Shown here: in pieces, positions 27,436 to 42,576 of the stretch
Layout of the letters: every line of letters begins with the position of its first letter
Numbering within the stretch: the stretch's first letter is position 1
Source: the human T2T-CHM13v2.0 reference genome, Homo sapiens
DNA length: 64,000 nucleotides
Assembly (NCBI RefSeq): GCF_009914755.1
Contig: NC_060941.1
Direction: 5' to 3' (one strand)
Notes under the pieces: generated by a model
Seen by the model: only the letters and a program-made list of their open reading frames with translations
Told to the model about the DNA's origin: nothing
Databases searched by the model: none
Translations under genes and position numbers: made by a program

Positions 27436-29275
27436 TCTTCTAAATATCAAGCTTTTTCATGTGTATGTTTTTGCTAAGTGTATAATATCTATTTAAATCC
27501 CATGAAGCAGTTTTAATTGCCCCATGTTAATGCTGAGAAACGAAAGCATAGAACTTAAGTGGCTTACCCGACATTCAGTAAGCAGAATGTTTTATTGTGT
27601 GCCGACTTAACGGTTGGGATTTCCTCTTTGGCATATGATGTTTGACCCTGCTTTTCCCCTGACCTTGTCATTTCATTACCATCAGCTTTTGCTTGGTATG
27701 GACAGGTGTATACTTCCCTACCACAGGTGAGCCCTTGGTTCCTTAGCAGGCTCTCCTTTACCTCCTTGGTGTGGTCCCAGGGACCCAGCCTGCTCTCTCT
27801 TCCTCTGGCACTGCCACTCCATCCCTGAGAGTCTTCTCAGAGACTGGCTCTTGAGAAGGTACAACCCCCCTCATTTCCACTTCCACGTTGTCCTTGAGGA
27901 GGAGCTGTTTTGCCTGGTGAGTTTTATTGTTCATCATTGAAGGCAGAAGTTTCAGTGATGCCACAGGCGAGGGTACAGTTGGGCTATTTTCTTTTGTCCG
28001 TGGTACCATGGAGGAAACTGAGTTCAGTTACTCGTGCAAGGCCACAGAGCTGTCACCTGGCAGGCTTCCCAGGTTGAGGGCTGCCTGTATTTTCATCAGC
28101 ATGAGGGGATATCACCTCCTCAGCTATTAGCTCATGTGATCCTACAGGCTACAACTGAGTCTTCTTTGTAGTCTCAACGCAGGTTTTCTGTGGACTGGAG
28201 AAAGCCTTTGGAAAGAAATGTTAATACTCTTTAATAAGTGAAAATGCACTGTAGAAGAATCTTTGAACATAAGTAGTTCTATAGATCATCTATTCTACTG
28301 GGCTTAATCATCATAGGGGATTTTTGCCTCAAGTTTGGGGCTAAGGAACTTGTAAGCACTTCTGTCTTACCCATGAGCTGGAAGCTGTGTTCAGAGCAAG
28401 CTTCTCTTATACTTGGATCATGCCCCTGGTGCCAGCTTTATTCTGAAATTGCTTTGGGCTTTCTGACAGCTCATATTCCCCCTCTGCCACCAGTTAGCTT
28501 CCAGGATGGGCTTGCAGAATAAGTGGCTTTAATCGTCTGTTGGCCACTTGTTATATATCCCTACCATGGGGAAACGTGTGTAATAAAACATGAATATATT
28601 GGGGCGGGAGGACTTTGTATGTGTTAAACATATTGTGTAGGTGTATAATGGTGAAAGAAAAGTGCATGCAATAAATATTGGGAAATGTTTGCACAAATGA
28701 GCAAGGATTTAGTCTTTGTGACTTGATCATCCTTGAGGGGAATTCCTTCTCAGGAAAGCAGGTGTTAGTGCCAGATGGTCACGTGTCAGTTTCCTGAGAT
28801 CCTGCTCAGGAAGGAGTCGTTGGGGAAGAGGAGGCAGAGAGGGCCCTACTTGGGGAGTCTCAATGGATGACACAGCCAGAAGAGAGGAGAGAGGGAGGCA
28901 CGACTCAGTGGCAGAAGGGTTCTCGAGGCCCGAGTGGAGTGCTATTAGTAATCAATAGATTCAGAAGCAGCCTGGGCCTGCCACGAGAAGCTGGCAGTGT
29001 TGGTCTCTGTCCGCTGGGCCTCAGCTTCTCTCCTGGCAGACGGTGATGATGGGGGTGCAGGGGCTGGGGAGTATGAAGGGTTTGGGCTTTGATGAGTCAG
29101 TGAATTTAGCATTTGTGTGTCAGTTCAGACCCGGCTGGCCTGGAAGTCCAGGTGGCAGAGGGCAAGTCAAGCCCTTTCTGGTACTGTATTCTCCCTCTTT
29201 CCGGCCCAGCAGGCCTGCCTGGACCTGTGTTCTGCTTCTGTATCCTGGACTGAGAATCACTGTGCTGCCTCCTGA

Positions 29276-29758
<483 letters not shown>

Positions 29759-29909
29759 TGAAGGGTTAGAGGCACTTTGGTTCTTCATTGGGCCTCAGTT
29801 TACCTACCAGTGCCACGGGGATATTAATGAGTGCCTCACTTGACTCTTTCTCCCACATGGATGCTGTGCAGATAGAGGTTGGTCCTAGAGAGGCCCGAGA
29901 GCCTTCACA

Positions 29910-30195
29910 GATGGTGTGGCAGCACCGCAGAGCGCCTTGGCATCAGATAGACCCACCTTCAAATCCTTTTCTGCCCCTTACTATCTGGGGACCCTTGGCA
30001 TATTGCCTGTTCTTTCTCGGCCTCAGTTTTCTTGTCAATTTAAAAGGAATAACACCATTTTTTGAACGGAATGGTTATACTCATTTGACAACGTTGTTGT
30101 GAGGATCTGATGGGTTTCTCTGCAACATGTGTCAAATTCCTGTAGTGCCCAGGACACAGTAGATGCTCAATATGTGGTGGCTCTGATTACTATTA
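29910..30195 (+). mobile_element. MIR SINE
   Basis: 'ggcctcagttttcttgtcaatttaaaagg...gttgttgtgaggatc...gtgcccaggacacagtagatgctcaata'. Confidence 0.75.
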
Positions 30196-30639
30196 TTGGT
30201 GTTGTTTGTAGAAAATTGGGCTTTCGGGTCCATCCCACTGGTGGCTTGTGCCTGGGAGTTTTTGGCACTCAGAGAAACTGTGGGAGACCTTTAGCTGTTG
30301 AGACCAGTCATGGATGTGTGTGACACATAGGGTCTATGGTGACTTCTCAGCAGATGATAAAGTGGTGCTGGGTCTTTCTTGGACAGCTCAAGGATGGAGG
30401 TGCTTCTTTGCCAGAAGCAGGGTTCCCTGGATTCTGAAATCTCATTTTGCAAAGGATTAAAGATAAAAGAGAGAAACCACAGCAGTTCTACATGCGGTAA
30501 AACACTCCCCACTGTTCAAGGAAGTTCCTGGAGAGGTACCTGAAAGAAACCCTATATGCTGGGAGTTGGTGCTGTTAACCTTTGGCTCAGGGGAAGTGGG
30601 AAAGCTGAAAGGACAGAATGAAAGCCATAGTATTGGCTA

Positions 30640-31079
30640 TATATATATTTTTAAACAGGCCCTGTTCTCTTGCCCAGGCTGGAGTGCAGTATATACACAT
30701 TGCTCATTGCAGCCTCCTATTCTTGGGCTTAAGTGATCCTTCCCACCTTAGCTGCCCAAGTAGCTGAGACTACAGGCATGGGCTGGCTGCTATGCCCGGT
30801 AATTTTTAAAATTTTTTTGCAGAAATGGGGTCTTGCTATATTGCCCAGGCTGGTCTCAAACTCCTGGCCTCAAGCGATACTCCCACCTTAGCCTCCCAAG
30901 TAGCTGGGACTAATGCAACCACACCTGATTAATTTTGTTTGTTTTGTAGAGACTGTGGGGATGGGGAGTGGTTCTCATTATTTTGCCCAGGCTAGTCTGG
31001 AACTCCTGGGATCAAGTGATCCTCTCACCTTGGACTCCCAAAGCGCTGGAATTACGGGCGTGAGCTATGGCATCCGGCC
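30640..31079 (-). mobile_element. Three tandem AluJ/FLAM-type monomers (trimeric Alu-like)
   Basis: Right-arm-like unit ~30650-30800, monomer ~30801-30928, left-arm-like unit ~30929-31079, each with a 'ttgcccaggct(g/a)g' core. Confidence 0.8.
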
Positions 31080-31261
31080 AGGTATTGCCTTTTGATACCT
31101 GCTTTCTCTGGAGACAAGTCATAGCACTCAAGCCTGGAAGGGTGATCACTGTGTTCAGGTCGGAGACAGAGCACAGTCCCAGCAGCCGAGCCATCAACCA
31201 GGATATTGCAGGGAGAGGCCCTTGGCCTTGCTGTCAGAGAGTTATGGAGAGTGCAATGTCA

Positions 31262-31321
31262 AGAGAACTACATTATTGTATAGTTTCTTTTCGAGAGAAC
31301 TACATTATTGTATAGTTTCTT
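31262..31321. repeat. Perfect 28-bp direct duplication (period 32)
   Basis: agagaactacattattgtatagtttctt at 31262-31289 and 31294-31321. Confidence 0.95.
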
Positions 31322-31863
31322 GATGCCTGAAGGCAACTTTGCAGGAAGGAAAGGCCTTAAATCTTAAGACTGTGTTGGGTTGTGTAGCAATTCCTGCCTA
31401 CCTTCTATACTTCCTTCCTAATTTTTCTTTTTCAAAACTGCCAACTGGAGGAAACCTGGTGTGGTGGTGTTTGAGAGGCTCCGGGTGGGTGCTGACCTCT
31501 GGCTTCAAGGCTGCAGGCTCCCTGGGGCCCGGGTTGGGATGCCTCCCCTGGGGAGGTGCCTGATGAGAGAGAAAGCACCCTGCTGCAGTTTCAAGGCTGA
31601 CCAGCCTTGTAACCTTCAAAAGAGCAAACCCTGCAGTCTTCCAGAGTGTAAATTGAAGAGAAAGTGACCCTTTCATATTTCAGGTCCTGTGTGAGAAGGA
31701 AAAGAAAATTCTCTGAAGATGCCTGGGCTGTGTTTTTTTACAGGCTTGGAAGCCACCATAACTTTTAACTTGACTCCCTCCTCTCTGCTCTTTGCTTGTG
31801 AAGGATTTTAGGATTTTGTATGTGTATGAATTAATGGGCCTGTTTTGGATCTTTCTTCCTTAG

Positions 31864-32226
<363 letters not shown>

Positions 32227-33014
32227 GGCATTCGTTTTCTGATGTCTCATACAGACTTTCTCTGCTTGCCTTAGGGCTGCAGCTAAGTTTAAACCCAGTG
32301 GGTTTGTGCAAATGTCTGTCCCTGTAGTATGCATTCAGAATGTGTTGGTCTGACTCTGTTTGGTCTCCTTTTCTAGCATAAAACACGTCCACACTCGGAA
32401 GATGGTAAAGCAACAGTCCAAATCTGCTTTCACTCCCTGCCCAGCATTTAGTCACCGCTGCCTTTTGACAAAAGAATTACTTTCCCTTCCTGGTTTTGAA
32501 TTGAAGACCTTTTGTGTATTTACTGCAAATATGATAAATGCTAGTCTGTAGAAACCAGCTGCCTCTGAGGGCTGGGGGCAGCATTTCTAACACCTGGCAG
32601 TTTGCATTTCAATATGGTGGCTTAAAGAAAACTCACACACACCAGAAAAACAAAACCCAGCTCAAAACAATGATTATTCTTGGCTGCCTAGTGGGAAACA
32701 AGAGTAGGGGAGGCTCAGTGGGCCCTGGCACAGGCAGGGGAACTTGCTGAGAAGTTACTGCTTGCAAGGTGAGGTCCGCTTTCAGTTCGGTCCGGTTCAT
32801 GTTTATCAACGCCTTCTGTGTGTACCGTATAAGGTGCTAGGCACAGAGACAGGTGAGACAGGGCTCTACCTTGAGCTCACAAGCTGTTGGTTGTCAGATA
32901 AGCAGGTCAGGGAACCTGGAGGCTCCAAGGATGACCAAAGAGGCGGGCCTGCTGGGGTGGGTCCGGGCAGTGTCCCAGAGGAGGCTGTACCTAGGATTGG
33001 GTCTTGAAAACTGA

Positions 33015-33432
33015 TGTATTTGTTTGCTAGGGCCAGTGTAACAAAGTACCACGGACTAGGCGGCTTCTACAACAGAATTTTTTTGCTTCACGGTTCTGGA
33101 GGCTGGGAAATTCAAGATGGAAGTTTTGATAGGGTTGGCTCGTTCTGAGGGCTGGGAGGGAAGGATCATTGCAGGTCTCCCTCCGTGGCTTCTAGATGGC
33201 TGTTTTCTCCCAGTGCCCATATGCCATCCCTTTGTATGAGTGCACATGTATAAATTGTGCCCAGATTTCCTCAAGGACACTGGTCCTATTGGATTAGGGC
33301 CCACCCTAATGATCCTATTTTAATTTAATTACCTCTGTCAAGACCGTATCTCTAAATACAGTCATATTTTGAAGTACCAGGGCTTAGGACTTCAACATGA
33401 TTTTTTCAGGGGACACAGTTTGGCCCATAACA
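33015..33432 (-). mobile_element. MLT1B/C-type solo LTR (ERVL-MaLR)
   Basis: 'tgtatttgtttgctagggc...taacaaagtaccac...ggttctggaggctgggaaattcaagat...ggattagggcccaccctaatga...ttaggacttcaacatga...cccataaca'. Confidence 0.9.
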
Positions 33433-33604
33433 GATGGTAGGAGTTTTTCAAGGAGATGGAGTAATTGTGGAAAGGGGTTTCCCGCCAAAGGGAAAGGTAG
33501 GGGTACAGCCACCGGGCAAAGTAGAGCATCATGCATTGGGGAGCCTCATGTATTGTGGGGTGTAAGAGTGGGCAGTGGCAAGAGATGGAAAAGGGAAAAT
33601 ATAG

Positions 33605-33948
<344 letters not shown>

Positions 33949-33949
33949 G

Positions 33950-34179
33950 CGCCTGCGTTTTTAGAAGATGCCCCAAGTAAATCATGTGCACAGTGAAGTT
34001 TGAGAAACATGAGTCCAGAGCTGTGGTTCTCAGCCTTGGCTGCAGGTTAGAATCATCAAGCGGAGGGATGCTGGTCTCTGAAACTCTGATTTACTTGGTT
34101 GGGGGTGTGGATTGGGCTTTAGGAGCTTTTGAAAGCTCACCAGGTAATTTTTCTGTGCAGCCAGGATTCAGAACTGCTG
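33950..34179. mobile_element. MER5A/MER5B hAT fragments
   Basis: 'gaagtttgagaaacatg', 'gtggttctcagccttggctgcaggttagaatca...tctgatttacttggt...aaagctcaccaggtaatttttctgtgcagccagg...agaactgctg'. Confidence 0.75.
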
Positions 34180-35401
34180 TTTGGGCAGCGGGGAGCCAGG
34201 AAGAGTTTAAAGCAGGGGTGCGATGTGGGGTGGAAAGTATAGAAACTGTTTTCTGCCCTCTCTTGACCAAGAGCAGGAGCTCATGGTCTTTGGAGCCAAA
34301 AGCAGCCCTGCCGGATACCAATGTCTTGTCCTGGTGTCCTTTGCCTGGGGCAGGTCAGGCGAGTAAAGGAGAAACACAGGCCCAGCTGATTTGCCTGTCA
34401 TTGGGGGTGAGGGCTCTGATTTGAGTGTGTCCTGTCGACTCAAGGACCACAGACGTGGGGCATTTGACTCCATTGCTGGCAGCGTTTCTTGGGGGCTTGG
34501 GGGTCGGTGGAGGGGAGCCTGTGTTGGGGGAGGCAGGGCAGATATGCGGGTGGAAGAGGGGAGTTCCCAGCCAGGTTTTCTGGAAATGGTACATTCTTAT
34601 TTCCCATAGTACCAAAGGTTCTTGAAGGCTGGGCCCACTCCTCAGAAAGGATGCTTTTTGTGGCTGTTGCATGCACCAGATAAGCTCTCCAAAGCCCACT
34701 GGTGGTAAAGGTGATCTAGAGCAAACAAACATCAGTGAAAAAGCAAACAAACCCGAACACCCAAACAGCATTTATCCCAGTTTAGCGGCGAGACTTGGAT
34801 TAGGCAGGTCACATGGCCCACAACTTTCCTTCAATCCTTGGGAGACTTCTTCCGTGGAAACCTTTTTCGGCAGCTTTGCAATTCTGATTTTCAGTTAATT
34901 AGATTTGTGCTGTTTGGGAGACTTGGTTAATGCATTTCACCCCACAGAGCTAATTTGCCTCTGTCTAAATTAGGTCCTTGCTGTGGCGGAGGGTGTACAC
35001 GGGCTGTGTGAATACAGACTCACATGGGGTATTGAGAGACCATTAGACAGTAAACAGGAGAGGGCTTTGAAATCACATTTGTCATCATCATCATTATTAT
35101 GGAATATCTGAGGTCCCACCGAGAGAATAGAGGTGTTCTTCAGAGAAAGGCCATCATGTGAGTACACCTGGTCTTGTTACATGTCTCTTGAAATACAACC
35201 AGGTGCCCTCTTGTACTGTTAACCCAGGGCCATAGCATGAAGGAGAAGGGAAATCTATCTGGAGGGTACAAAGTAGTAGATACTGCTAAGTAATACATTT
35301 ACAATCTCTAAATTTTTAGGGCTGAGAGGGACCTTAGGAGCTATCTTAGCCAGTCCCTCACTTTATAAGCCCAGGAATCTGAGGCCTAGGGTTATTGCTA
35401 C

Positions 35402-35704
<303 letters not shown>

Positions 35705-36581
35705 TCCATTCCTACTTTTGAGTTTGGAAAATCCTGTGCTTTTCTTTCCTTTCCCATGTGTACTTGCCCCCTTCCCCATGGTCTTTGGAGGCATGTGAGG
35801 GATGGAGGGAGGTTAATCTAATCGCATGGATATATTTGGGAGGTGACTATGGGAACTGAGTGAAGGCTTGAGGTCCGGTTTTGTGGATTCATCACAAATG
35901 CTATCCTTTGTTCCCTTTCTCCTGTGTCAGAAATTACAGACTCTGTTGGTGATGGGACACTAGAAATTATAATTTAATAATTTGCATGCTGATGATCTTC
36001 TCAAAAGACTTTGAGGCAGGAAAAAAAAAAAGGCAGGGGGCACCTAGGGAGATAGAATCAGGAATCAGGCTCTTTGTTTCCATTGCCCACAAGAGTGCTC
36101 AAAAGCCATTTGTGGAGGTGGGCTGTGTTTTCAGAGGCCCTGTCAATAGTTAAGATCTGTACATGTCAGAGGCCATGCATGCCACCTAGACTAGGGGGCC
36201 TTTCACCTCTTTGCCATCTCTGATAGGTTGGAAGAAGCTTGACTGCTGGAGTACTGATCAGTGGGTGGGCATATGCACTCGATTAGCCACGCCTGCCATG
36301 GCCAGGGCATGGGGGTGGCAGCATGCTTACTGTCTGTTGCCATCTCTTCAGCTTATACCACCAACTGAGATGATGACGATGCCTGGAGACTCTTATTTCA
36401 GGCATTTTGAAAAAAGGAGACATAACTTCTGTCCCTGGGAAAATTTTAGCCCCATCAGAAAGGCAGAATATATGCACAAGGAGGCCTTAATGCCTAAAGA
36501 ATCTCAACAATCTCAATTAGCATTAGCATTATTAGCATAATTTAGTAATAACCACCCATTACACTCTATCCCATGTTATAG

Positions 36582-36761
<180 letters not shown>

Positions 36762-36896
36762 TAGGACAGAAATGAATATATAAGGCAGAGAAAGAAGTCA
36801 GGACACTGAGATAGGGACTTATTTCCTGAGGTTACACAGCCAGCAAACGCAGAGCCCAGGATAATGTGTATTTGGGGTAGTGGTGCCCCAGCCTCA

Positions 36897-37448
<552 letters not shown>

Positions 37449-38329
37449 TCATGGGACCGTGTCCTGAATGTCAGTCTGAAGACTCTTTCCTCACTTCTGA
37501 GGCTACCCCTGGGCTCTGGCTTTGGGGGAGTGCTCCAGTTTTCATTTTCTTCGCCTGTTTAGAGAGTGTGGCCACCATATCACAGAGGACTGGGAATGGG
37601 CCGGAGAAATTGTGGGCTGTGTCAGGGTTGGGGCGTTGGTGCTGCTCATAAGAAGCTTGAAGGCAGAGGGTGCTGGGACCTTCTGTGTGAAACCCGGGTC
37701 TGAAAAGGTGCCTGTTGTGGGGGGTGGGGGCGGAGGGTCCCGGGGAGAAAAGGTAGCTGACATAGAAGCACATACAGCACGTTCCTGAATCCAGGCCTTG
37801 GAGTCCGAGGAGTGCCTTTGTGGCAAGTTTCCCCCTTTTTAATTTTCTTGTGTCGTTTCTCCTGTTAAGTGCAAAGAAGATGCCTCGCTGCAGGAACATC
37901 TGTGCTCCTTAGGATTCCGTGGCTGATTTGTTACATATAAATTTCCTAATGTAGGTTATGGAGCTGTTGAGGGAGAGAAGCAGGGAAGCAGGCTAGGGAA
38001 ACATCCTTCTCCACTCAACTTAATATTGGTGCCTGTGGCTCCAGGGCCAGCCCAGGCCCCCTGCCTTTAGGTGTGTGGGCCCTGAAAGGACAACTTTTGT
38101 GCCCACTGGAAAGTGTGTGTGGGGAGCTGTGGCCGTAGTCTTGCTCTCTTCTGAGCTGGTGATGGGGAGCAGCCGGTGATTATGCAGAGCAGGGCCTTCT
38201 GACTCTGGGCGGGCTGAGACAATTGCTTAGATGGTTGTAAAGGAGGTGTTCAGAAATAGTGCGACAGGGGCGAAGCCTGTGCTGTCACTGGTGACTGGGG
38301 ATGCTTGTTAGCATTTTCTAGGGCTGAAC

Positions 38330-38455
38330 TGGTTATCATTTCTATCTCTTCATGCCAAGGAAGCTGAGATTCAGAGAAGCGAGGTGACCTTCTCAAGATC
38401 ACACATGTGTTTCGGTGGCATGGCCAGGACGGGAACATGAATGTCCAGATTTCCC
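38330..38455 (-). mobile_element. MIR fragment
   Basis: 'aggaagctgagattcagagaagcgaggtgaccttctcaagatcacaca'. Confidence 0.7.
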
Positions 38456-38464
38456 CTGGAAACA

Positions 38465-38598
38465 CCATATTTCCTCAATTCAGAATGCACTTTTGTTCAC
38501 ATTTGCACTTGAAAATCCAGTGCATCTTACAAATGGATGGCATCATGTCAGAATGATGCATCTTATGATCCACCTGTGTTAGATTCAATCAAATATGG
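38465..38598. mobile_element. MER104-like (TcMar-Tc2) non-autonomous element
   Basis: TIR-like ends ccatatttcctcaattc... / ...ttagattcaatcaaatatgg(ta); internal 'tgcatcttacaaatggatggcat'. Confidence 0.7.
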
Positions 38599-38697
38599 TA
38601 GAGACTTTTGATCGAGAGCTGCTTTATGGCTGGTATTGGGCTTTGAACACATTTTCTCAATTAATCCTGAACAAAACAAAACCCTCTTGAGTAGGGG

Positions 38698-38987
38698 TTT
38701 GTTTTTGACAGGGTCTCACTCTGTTGCCCAGGCTGGAGTGCAGAGACACGATCATGGCTCACTGTAGCCTCGACTTCTGGGGCTTGAGCGATCCTCTCAC
38801 CTCAGCCTCCCTAGTAGCTGGGACCATAGGCACATGCCATCATGCCTGGCGAATTTTTGTATTTTTTTGTAGGGATAGGGTCTTCCCATGTCATCCAGGC
38901 TGGTCTCGAACTCCTAGGCTCAAGCAATCTGCCCACCACAGCCTCCCAAAGTGCTGGGGTTATAGGCACGAGCTACTGTGCCCAGCC
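38698..38987 (-). mobile_element. AluJ-type
   Basis: Full dimer; 12-bp TSD gagtaggggttt (38689-38700, 38988-38999). Confidence 0.93.
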
Positions 38988-40875
38988 GAGTAGGGGTTTT
39001 CTGCTCAGTGGTAAAGTGGAGCGAGAGGGGCGACTGCAGCTCTCAGATCCCTTACTGTTCCTCAAATGAGTGAGCTGTGAGTCCCCCACCCCTCCTACTT
39101 GGCCCTTCCCTTTGCATCGTCTCACTCTCAGCTTCTCTGGAATGACAGTGCTTTCTTCCTTTGAGTGGGCACCAGGCTGCTGCCTTGAGTTTTCTGGACA
39201 CTTGCTGCTGAACTGTGTTCCGATCGAAAGAAATACAATTACTCTCTGAGATTTGAGGGGCGATTGTGAGCTCTTGCAGTCACCTTCTTGTTCAATACTT
39301 GCTTGGAGTGTCTCTCTTGAGAGGACTGGAAATGCATCTTTGGGTGGAGGTTGATCTGTATGAGGACTGGCTCTATCACAGGGACAGGGATGGTCTGCTT
39401 TTTGCCTCTCTTGGGGAGGGAGGAGAGTTATTTTTATTTAGGTGTGAATGCGGGGACTTGAATCCAGGGCAGAGGTGATGTCTCACTTCTTTCAGGTGCA
39501 AGCCAGTTTGTAGGAAGATAATAGGGAGGATTGTTAGGTATGCTGGGGCTGTTTTGGAGAATCCTCAAGGGAGAAGCCACGAAGAGGAGGCACTGTCAGA
39601 TGTTCCTCACTAGTTTGCAGAGTGCTTGGAGGTAATATTTTAAGACAGTTGGGAAGGGTCAGAGGTTTCTACCCTTAGAGTCTCATCAAAGCGCTGAGTG
39701 ATGCCCAAAGGGGATGAATAATTCTTCCAGAATTCGGAGTCCTAAGCTTTCCTCTTGCTTTCTTGTTGAAATAGGCAGGCTGGTTGAGGGATGCCCCTGG
39801 CCCCGTCTTAGGGTACATACAGAAAGAAATACTAAGCGGACTCTTGCTGTCTTTGCAACCAAGCAAAGGGGTCCTGCAGAGGGTGTGTCAGGAAGGGAGA
39901 AAGAAGAGACATGGGTACAAAGGGCTCTGGCAGCTGTCTCAGCCATATATGTGGTCATTTCCTAGAGATGAGAGTGGACGTCTTGTCCTCCTGCAGCCTG
40001 CTCCCTGCCATGCTGCCTTCCCTGCATCTGGGCCCCTTTATCCCTCCTTGTTCCCCTCCTACCTTTCATCCAGCCCTCTAGATTCTGTACCACTCACCTG
40101 GAGCTAGGTGAGAAGGATTTAAGGATATCCACTGGCTGTCTTACTCTGGGCTATAATTGGCGGTGGGGGGGATGGATTTGGGGGCCTGGGATGGTCTAGC
40201 TTCTTCCCATGGACTCTGAGTACCCCTAAACCCTCCAAACGTGGCTCAGCCAGACAGGCTGGGAAAAGTGACCAGGAGTCTCTTATTCCAGCTTCTGAGA
40301 CTGCTGTGTTCTTGGTGAGTCTCCCGCCCGCGGCTTCCAGGCCCAATCTCTCCGTTGTTACTGTGCACCACCAAGCAGAGAGGGATGGTAATTATAGATG
40401 CTTTAGGAGCCGCCATTTGCTTCACATGGCAAGGTGACTCAGAACATTAGATCAGAATTAGAGAAGGAGAAAAAAGTGATCAAAGAAAGCCCCCCTCCCA
40501 CGCCAACCTCCCGTGATATCCTAGCACTCTAGCCTTCCGTCCCAAATAATAGTTATGGAAATGCCTCGGCTTCTCTGGAAACAGGAGGACAAGGGAACTC
40601 TGTTGCACCAGAATCCATGCTGAGCTTTCTCTTGGACTAGGCCAGAAGAGCTCCCTGCAGCCGATTTGTCTTCTAGCTTGTGCCTGCTCACCTGAGGAGC
40701 CATTGAATTTGGGCTAAAGAGGTGCCTGGGGACAAGGGTGAGCTGGAAAGGGAGATTTGGTCAAATTAGGAAGGGCCCTGCTGTTGGATGTTCTTATTTT
40801 TTCAGTCTTGGGAAACAGCCTCCAAAGAAATCCTTTTGTGTTGGGCTGGGCAACTTTGCCATGGATTTAAACAAA

Positions 40876-41171
<296 letters not shown>

Positions 41172-42576
41172 TTGGGTTTAAATTTTAAGCTCCATGAGGG
41201 TAGGGGCAGGGTGTGTCATGTTTGTAGCTGTCCCCACAGTACTGAGACCAGAGCTCAGGAGAATGTGGTAGCTGAATCAGGGAATGGACCCAGTATGTGG
41301 TAGCCATGAAGCAGGGAGCTGAGGCCAACTTCTTTGGTCCTGAGCGCAGGAGGCAGACACACCTTGTCTTGTCTGTTTGGGTGTCCTCTGCACTTTGTGG
41401 TCAGGGTTTGGTTCTCAGAGTCTGATTAGGAGAACTTGAATGGAAAAATTTATTCCTGTTTCAGGAAAGGGCAGTAAAAATATTTATTTCCATAATCAAA
41501 ATGGAAATTTAAGTCAATGACAATGGAAACTATTTTTGGCCATTTGCAGACTAGGGAGGGGAGTGAGAGGGCAGAATAATTCAGTCATTGTAAATTTTAG
41601 GGGTGAAATAACAGCATAGAAATAAAAACTCCCCAAGGAAGCATAAATCAACCCTTAATCGAACATAAACAACAAACCACGTACCACTCACTCAAACCAG
41701 GAGCTGCATCCCTGGCCGTCAGATTTGTGCTTGGCTGTTGGAGTGACGTGCCGCCCACAAGGTCTTGGCTACTAAGGGACAAGTATTGGGTTTTCTCTCT
41801 TCTCCTGAAAGGCTCTTGTTGACAGCAGACAGCTTCTCAGAGCCTCTGGTCACCGACCTGTTCTTCCCTTCCTTTCTCCTGTGCTGTTTTCAAGACAGAA
41901 AGCCCAGCTGTGGCAACTGCAGGTCTTTGGATTAGTTTGACACCTGGGGGGTTCCCAGGTGAAAATGAGGGCTGCAGGGCAGGGAGCAAAGCCCACTTGG
42001 GAGTTATGTGTTGTGTTGGTGAGAAACAGGTTGAGAAAGAAGCAGCTGCTGAGAATAATCTAGTGTATATTGGGGCGGGGAGCATATTGGTGGGGGGAGA
42101 GGGACTGTGTTGGTCGTGAGTGACCCTGAGTGATGGGTACCGGGGGTTCATTCTCTCAATCTCATGACTTTTGTGAAAGTTTGCAAAGGTCAGAAGCCAG
42201 AAAGAAAGATCAAAAGCCAAAAAGAAAGGGAGCAGCTGACCCCAAGATTCCCACCCCCAAGGCATTACCCCCTTGAATCAGGTGTAGGTCTGTTTCCTCA
42301 TCTGTTCCACACAGATTGAGTCTACAAAGACCCAGGTCTCATATCCTGCAGGAAAGTGGAGAAGAAAAAATGTGAGACTGATTTTTTTTCAGAGTTTTGA
42401 CTGAGAGAGACCGTTTTCCCATGGACTTCTGGACATCCATGCCTGAGAAGCACCTTAGGTTTTCCCTGCTCCCAAGTCGGACTGAGCTCAGGGAATCTCC
42501 AGGGAAATGTGGGGGTCCGCTGGGCACTTGGGCCCTCCCAAAGATCCAGGTTCCCCATTCCAGTGGAAGCCTTTGC

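Noticed and set aside
31262-31321. CRISPR-like repeat (28-bp, quasi-palindromic)
   Set aside because: Only two copies with a 4-nt spacer in primate DNA and no cas genes; a simple tandem duplication
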